From NCBI GenBank assembly GCA_002269645.1, contig NIVC01002422.1:38583-102582 (forward strand): a stretch of DNA of 64,000 nucleotides, read 5' to 3'. The position numbers and the translations under genes were made by a program. This document shows, piece by piece, positions 58,960-64,000 of the stretch (position 1 is its first letter; each line of letters begins with the position of its first letter). Source of the stretch: Macrostomum lignano. Lineage: Eukaryota. The notes beneath the pieces are model-generated. The model searched no databases. It had not been told where the DNA came from and worked only from the letters and a program-made list of their open reading frames with translations.

Positions 58960-61900
58960 TCTCCTCTCCTGCTCTCCTCTCATCTCCACTCTCCTCTCCT
59001 CTCCTCTCTCTCTCCTCTCCTCTCCTCTCCTCTCCTCTCCTCTCCTCTCCTCTCCTCTCTCCTCTCCTCTCCTCTCTCCTCTCCTCTCCTCTACTCTCCT
59101 CTCTCCTCTCCTCTCCTCTCCTCTCCTCTCCTCTCCTCTCCTCTCCTCTACTCTCCTCTCTCCTCTCCTCTCCTCTCCTCTCTCCTCTCTCCTCTCCTCT
59201 CCTCTCCTCTCCTCTACTCTCCTCTCTCCTCTACTCTCCTCTCCTCTCCTCTTCTCTCCTCTCCTCTATCCTCTCCTCTCTCCTCTCCTCTCCTCTCTCC
59301 TCTCCTCTCCTCTCCTCTCTCCTCTCCTCTCCTCTCCTCTCCTCTTCTCTCATCTCCACTCTCCTCTCCTCTCTCTCTCCTCCCCTCTCCTCTCCTCTCC
59401 TCTCTCCTCTCCTCTCCTCTCCTCTCTCCTCTCCTCTCCTCTCCTCTCCTCTTCTCTCATCTCCACTCTCCTCTCCTCTCTCTCTCCTCCCCTCTCCTCT
59501 CCTCTCCTCTCCTCTCCTCTCCTCTCCTCTCCTCTTCTCTCCTCTCCTCTCCTCTCCTCTCCTCTTCTCTCCTCTCCTCTATCCTCTCCTCTCCTCTCCT
59601 CTCCTCTCCTCTCTCCTCTCCTCTCCTCTCCTCTCTCCCTCTCCTCTCCTCTCCTCTCCTCTCCTCTACTCTCCTCTCTCCTCTCCTCTCCTCTCCTCTC
59701 CTCTCCTCTTCTCTCCTCTCCTCTATCCTCTCCTCTCTCCTCTCCTCTCCTCTCCTCTCTCCTCTCCTCTCCTCTCATCTCCACTCTCCTCTCTCTCTCC
59801 TCTCCTCCCTCTCCTCTCCTCTCCTCTCCTCTCTCCTCTCCTCTCCTCTACTCTCCTCTCTCCTCTCCTCTCATCTCCACTCTCCTCTCCTCTTTCTCTC
59901 CTCTCCTCTCCTCTCCTCTCCTCTCATCTCCACTCTCCTCTCTCTCTCCTCTCCTCCCCTCTTCTCTCCTCTCCTCTCCTCTCTCCTCTCCTCTCCTCTA
60001 CTCTCCTCTCTCCTCTCCTCTCATCTCCACTCTCCTCTCCTCTTTCTCTCCTCTCCTCTCCTCTCCTCTCCTCTCCTCTTCTCTCCTCTCCTCTATCCTC
60101 TCCTCTCCTCTCCTCTCCTCTCCTCTCCTCTCCTCTCTCCTCTCCTCTCCTCTCATCTCCACTCTCCTCTCTCTCTCCTCTCCTCCCCTCTCCTCTCCTC
60201 TCCTCTCTCCTCTCCTCTCCTCTCCTCTCATCTCCACTCTCCTCTCCTCTTTCTCTCCTCTCCTCTCCTCTCCTTTCCTCTCCTCTCCTCTCCTCTTCTC
60301 TCCTCTCCTCTCCTCTCCTCTATCCTCTCCTCTCTCCTCTCCTCTCCTCTCCTCTCTCCTCTCCTCTCCTCTCATCTCCACTCTCCTCTCTCTCTCCTCT
60401 CCTCCCTCTCCTCTCCTCTCCTCTCCTCTCTCCTCTCCTCTCCTCTACTCTCCTCTCTCCTCTCCTCTCATCTCCACTCTCCTCTCCTCTTTCTCTCCTC
60501 TCCTCTCCTCTCCTCTCCTCTCTCTTCTCTCCTCTCCTCTATCCTCTCCTCTCCTCTCCTCTCCTCTCCTCTCCTCTCCTCTCTCCTCTCCTCTCCTCTC
60601 ATCTCCACTCTCCTCTCTCTCTCCTCTCCTCCCCTCTCCTCTCCTCTCCTCTCCTCTCTCCTCTCCTCTCCTCTACTCTCCTCTCTCCTCTCCTCTCATC
60701 TCCACTCTCCTCTCCTCTTTCTCTCCTCTCCTCTCCTCTCCTCTCCTCTCCTCTTCTCTCCTCTCCTCTATCCTCTCCTCTCCTCTCCTCTCCTCTCCTC
60801 TCCTCTCCTCTCTCCTCTCCTCTCCTCTCATCTCCACTCTCCTCTCTCTCTCCTCTCCTCCCCTCTCCTCTCCTCTCCTCTCTCCTCTCCTCTCCTCTCC
60901 TCTCATCTCCACTCTCCTCTCCTCTTTCTCTCCTCTCCTCTCCTCTCCTTTCCTCTCCTCTCCTCTCCTCTTCTCTCCTCTCCTCTCCTCTCCTCTCCTC
61001 TCCTCTCCTCTCCTCTCCTCTTCTCTCCTCTCCTCTTCTCTCCTCTCCTCTCCTCTCCTCTCTCTCTCCTCCCTCTCCTCTCCTCTCCTCTCCTCTCCTC
61101 TCCTCTTCTCTCCTCTCCTCTCCTCTCCTCTCCTCTCCTCTCCTCTCCTCTCCTCTCCTCTTCTCTCCTCTCCTCTATCCTCTCCTCTCCTCTCCTCTTC
61201 TCTCCTCTCCTCTATCCTCTCCTCTCCTCTTTCTCTCCTCTCCTCTCCTCTCTCCTCTCTCCTCTCCTCTCCTCTCCTCTCCTCTACTCTCCTCTCTCCT
61301 CTCCTCTCCTCTCCTCTCCTCTTCTCTCCTCTCCTCTATCCTCTCCTCTCTCCTCTCCTCTCCTCTCTCCTCTCCTCTCCTCTCCTCTCTCCTCTCCTCT
61401 CCTCTCCTCTCTCTCTCTCTCATCTCCACTCTCCTCTCCTCTCTCTCTCCTCCCCTCTCCTCTCCTCTCCTCTCCTCTCCTCTCCTCTCCTCACCTCTTC
61501 TCTCATCTCCACTCTCCTCTCTCTCTCTCTCCTCCCTCTCCTCTCCTCTCCTCTCCTCTCCTCTCCTCTCCTCTCCTCTCCTCTCCTCTCCTCTCCTCTC
61601 CTCTCCTCTCCTCCTCTCCTCTCCTCCTCTCCTCTCATCTCTCTCTCTCTCCTCTCCTCTCTCTCTCCTCTCCTCTCCTCTCCTCTCCTCTCCTCTCCTC
61701 TCCTCTCTCCTCTCTCTCCTCTCTCTCCTCTCTCCTCTCCTCTCCTCTCTCCTCTCCTCTCCTCTCCTCTCCTCTTCTCTCCTCTCCTCTATCCTCTCCT
61801 CTCCTCTCCTCTCCTCTCCTCTCCTTTCCTCTCCTCTCCTCTCCTCTTCTCTCCCTCCTCTCCTCTCCTCTCCTCTCCTCTCCTCTCCTCTTCTCTCCTC

Positions 61901-62250
61901 TCCTCTTCTCTCCTCTCCTCTCCTCTCCTCTCCTCTCCTCTCCTCTCCTCTCCTCTCCTCTCCTCTCCTCTCCTCTCCTCTACTCTCCTCTCCTCTCTCT
62001 CTCTCCTCTCCTCTCCTCTCTCCTCTCCTCTCCCTCTCCTCTCCTCTCTCCTCTCCTCTCCTCTCCTCTCCTCTCTCCTCTCCTCTCCTCTCTCCTCTCC
62101 TCTCCTCTCCTCTCTCCTCTCTCCTCTCCTCTCCTCTCCTCTCCTCTCCTCTCCTCTCCTCTCCTCTACTCTCCTCTCCTCTCCTCTCCTCTCCTCTCCT
62201 CTCCTCTCCTCTCCTCTCTCCTCTCCTCTCCTCTCTCCTCTCCTCTCCTA
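58960..62250. repeat. (CTCCT)n-based polypyrimidine satellite, 3.3 kb
   Basis: Source of the 1131-aa artefact ORF. Confidence 0.97.
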
Positions 62251-62289
62251 GCTCTTGATATTCATTAAGATTTTTTAGAATTCTATATT

Positions 62290-62545
62290 AGAATTCTAAA
62301 AACATTTCCGTACATTTACGTACATTTCCTGTACCTAAAAATCATAAAAATGCATGGCACGGCTCTAATCTTTGTTTTATGAATCTATTTTATCATCTCT
62401 GTTACACATATTGTTACAAAGTCAGCTAAAGAATGACAAAATAGCTTCATAAAACTATAATGAGTCAAGCCGTGCCATTTATGGTTTTCTAGGCACAGGA
62501 CCTATGCAGTTGTACGCAGAATAATAAATTAACATAGAATTCAGA
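62290..62545. mobile_element. Imperfect foldback element (MITE-like)
   Basis: CCTGTACCTAAAAATCATAAAAATGCATGGCACGGCT...TTTTATGAA is inverse to TTCATAAAA...AGCCGTGCCATTTATGGTTTTCTAGGCACAGG. Confidence 0.55.
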
Positions 62546-64000
62546 ACATAGATATGGTATATATATAGGTAGATATATAGATATAGAGGAACATTGGGTC
62601 TGCCTCCTTTCGAAAGGAATTACAAATTTTTGTGCTTAAGAAATGAATGCCTCACATCTACGTAATGTATTTTTTTCGGTAAAACCTTGCATGGCTCCTA
62701 AAAATTTCCAAGAAACGTAGTTTCCCGTCCGTCTACTTGAGTAGTCCAGTTGGTTCCACTCTAGCTAATTTAATTTTAACAGACGCATCTCAGCCATCAC
62801 CGCCGAGCTCTGAATGTCCTTTTCTGTCTGAAATCGAATACCTTGCCAAGAAGATCCATCGACAGATCAATCAGCCAGAGCCATTTCTGTCAAAGAGGCT
62901 CGACAGACTCATCTAGTGCTCGATCTAGCATCGAAAATTTGTTAAAATCCCATCTGACATGCCTACGTCGGTTCTTTGCTTTGCTTTCTCTCAGTAGCGT
63001 GCAAATCTATCTATCAAAATCATGCTTTGTAGAATTCTAGCAATTATTCTTCATATTCATTAGATTCTTTTGATGAGCAGCAATGGATAGTCAGGTTGTT
63101 GTTTACGTAAAAATGATAAATTTAAAAAGCCTGGTGAATTTCCTGCGTCAGACTGTGCTTATTATTTTGCATCAATTTTCAAGCCAGTTTAAACTGTCTT
63201 ATAAACTAGCTCGTAGAAATAGTTCATGATTAAATTGTTGAATACGAATAAGTCGATAATTTAATCTACAATTTTTTAATTTTTTAATTTTTTTAATTAT
63301 ATAATTTCACAATTTTAGCTACAATTTAACAAAATAACAATTTTTACATTTTTAAAATTTCAAACACCATAATCTGTAAAAATTAAAATGAGATACCGGA
63401 AAGTTTAAATAGTACACTCGAATATTTTTCTTTTGCATTGCAATTCTATGTAATTAATATACTTTTAAAAAATTAAACAAGCTTTTATATTTAAACAGCA
63501 TTGACTGTGCGTTAAATGAAGCAGAACATGGCGTGCACGGAGCGTGGGTTCAGTCTGGGTGCTCTATTTCTCCTTTGCCTTGAGACAAAAGAGATCCGTC
63601 ACTGACTGCGTGCTCTTTCGTGCGTAAACGTTAATCGTTTACTTTCAGTTCATTACTTTTTTGTCTAAAATAAAATGTAAGATAGAGTGTCAATAGACTA
63701 GCTGTATTTAGATTTTTTATCTATCTTTGCTTCGGACAATGCAGTGCATTGGATTCAGTAGATTTGTTTCCGGGGTCCGGGATCGCTTCTATCACATGTA
63801 CTTGTGTATTAGCCTTAGGGGATCCTTTCACAACCTTTATGACTTTAACTCTCTGTATTAGCAGTTGCAACCGAAACGCCGTGTTTAGACGGACCACGCT
63901 GAACTTTCATCAAACTGGCAAAAAGCGTGCACAAACCAGAGAAGGCCACCTCACCGAGGCACGTCGATGCTGCACCGAAAATGCGTTCCACCTGCAGCGG

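Noticed and set aside
58856-62251. 1131-aa S/P/L ORF
   Set aside because: Stop-free (CTCCT)n satellite with no coding complexity.

Overview
Eukaryotic (animal) genomic DNA, not prokaryotic: spliced GC-rich exons sit in an AT-rich background crowded with micro- and minisatellites, and there is one assembly gap. This style resembles a Macrostomum-type flatworm, which is inference only. Three spliced genes can be reconstructed with consistent GT-AG phases: COX5A (2 exons, 155 aa), mitochondrial-type SHMT (6 exons, 481 aa), and an unrecognised minus-strand cysteine-rich protein with a GPI-signal-like tail (6 exons, about 485 aa). Mobile DNA includes a Merlin deletion derivative with an 8-bp TSD, a hAT MITE, and three copies of a tRNA-type SINE. 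It also includes a 4.3-kb hAT element with perfect TIR and TSD carrying Polinton-like and BEL/Pao integrase remnants, and a dispersed 33-bp minisatellite with shared fixed ends. The most striking unexplained signal is a ~5.3-kb block (6740-12060) with only about 5 CpG and excess TpA. It ends shortly before the CpG-rich COX5A start and looks like RIP-type or methylation-driven hypermutation. Nearly all long ORFs in the supplied track are repeat artefacts. All counts were made by eye.
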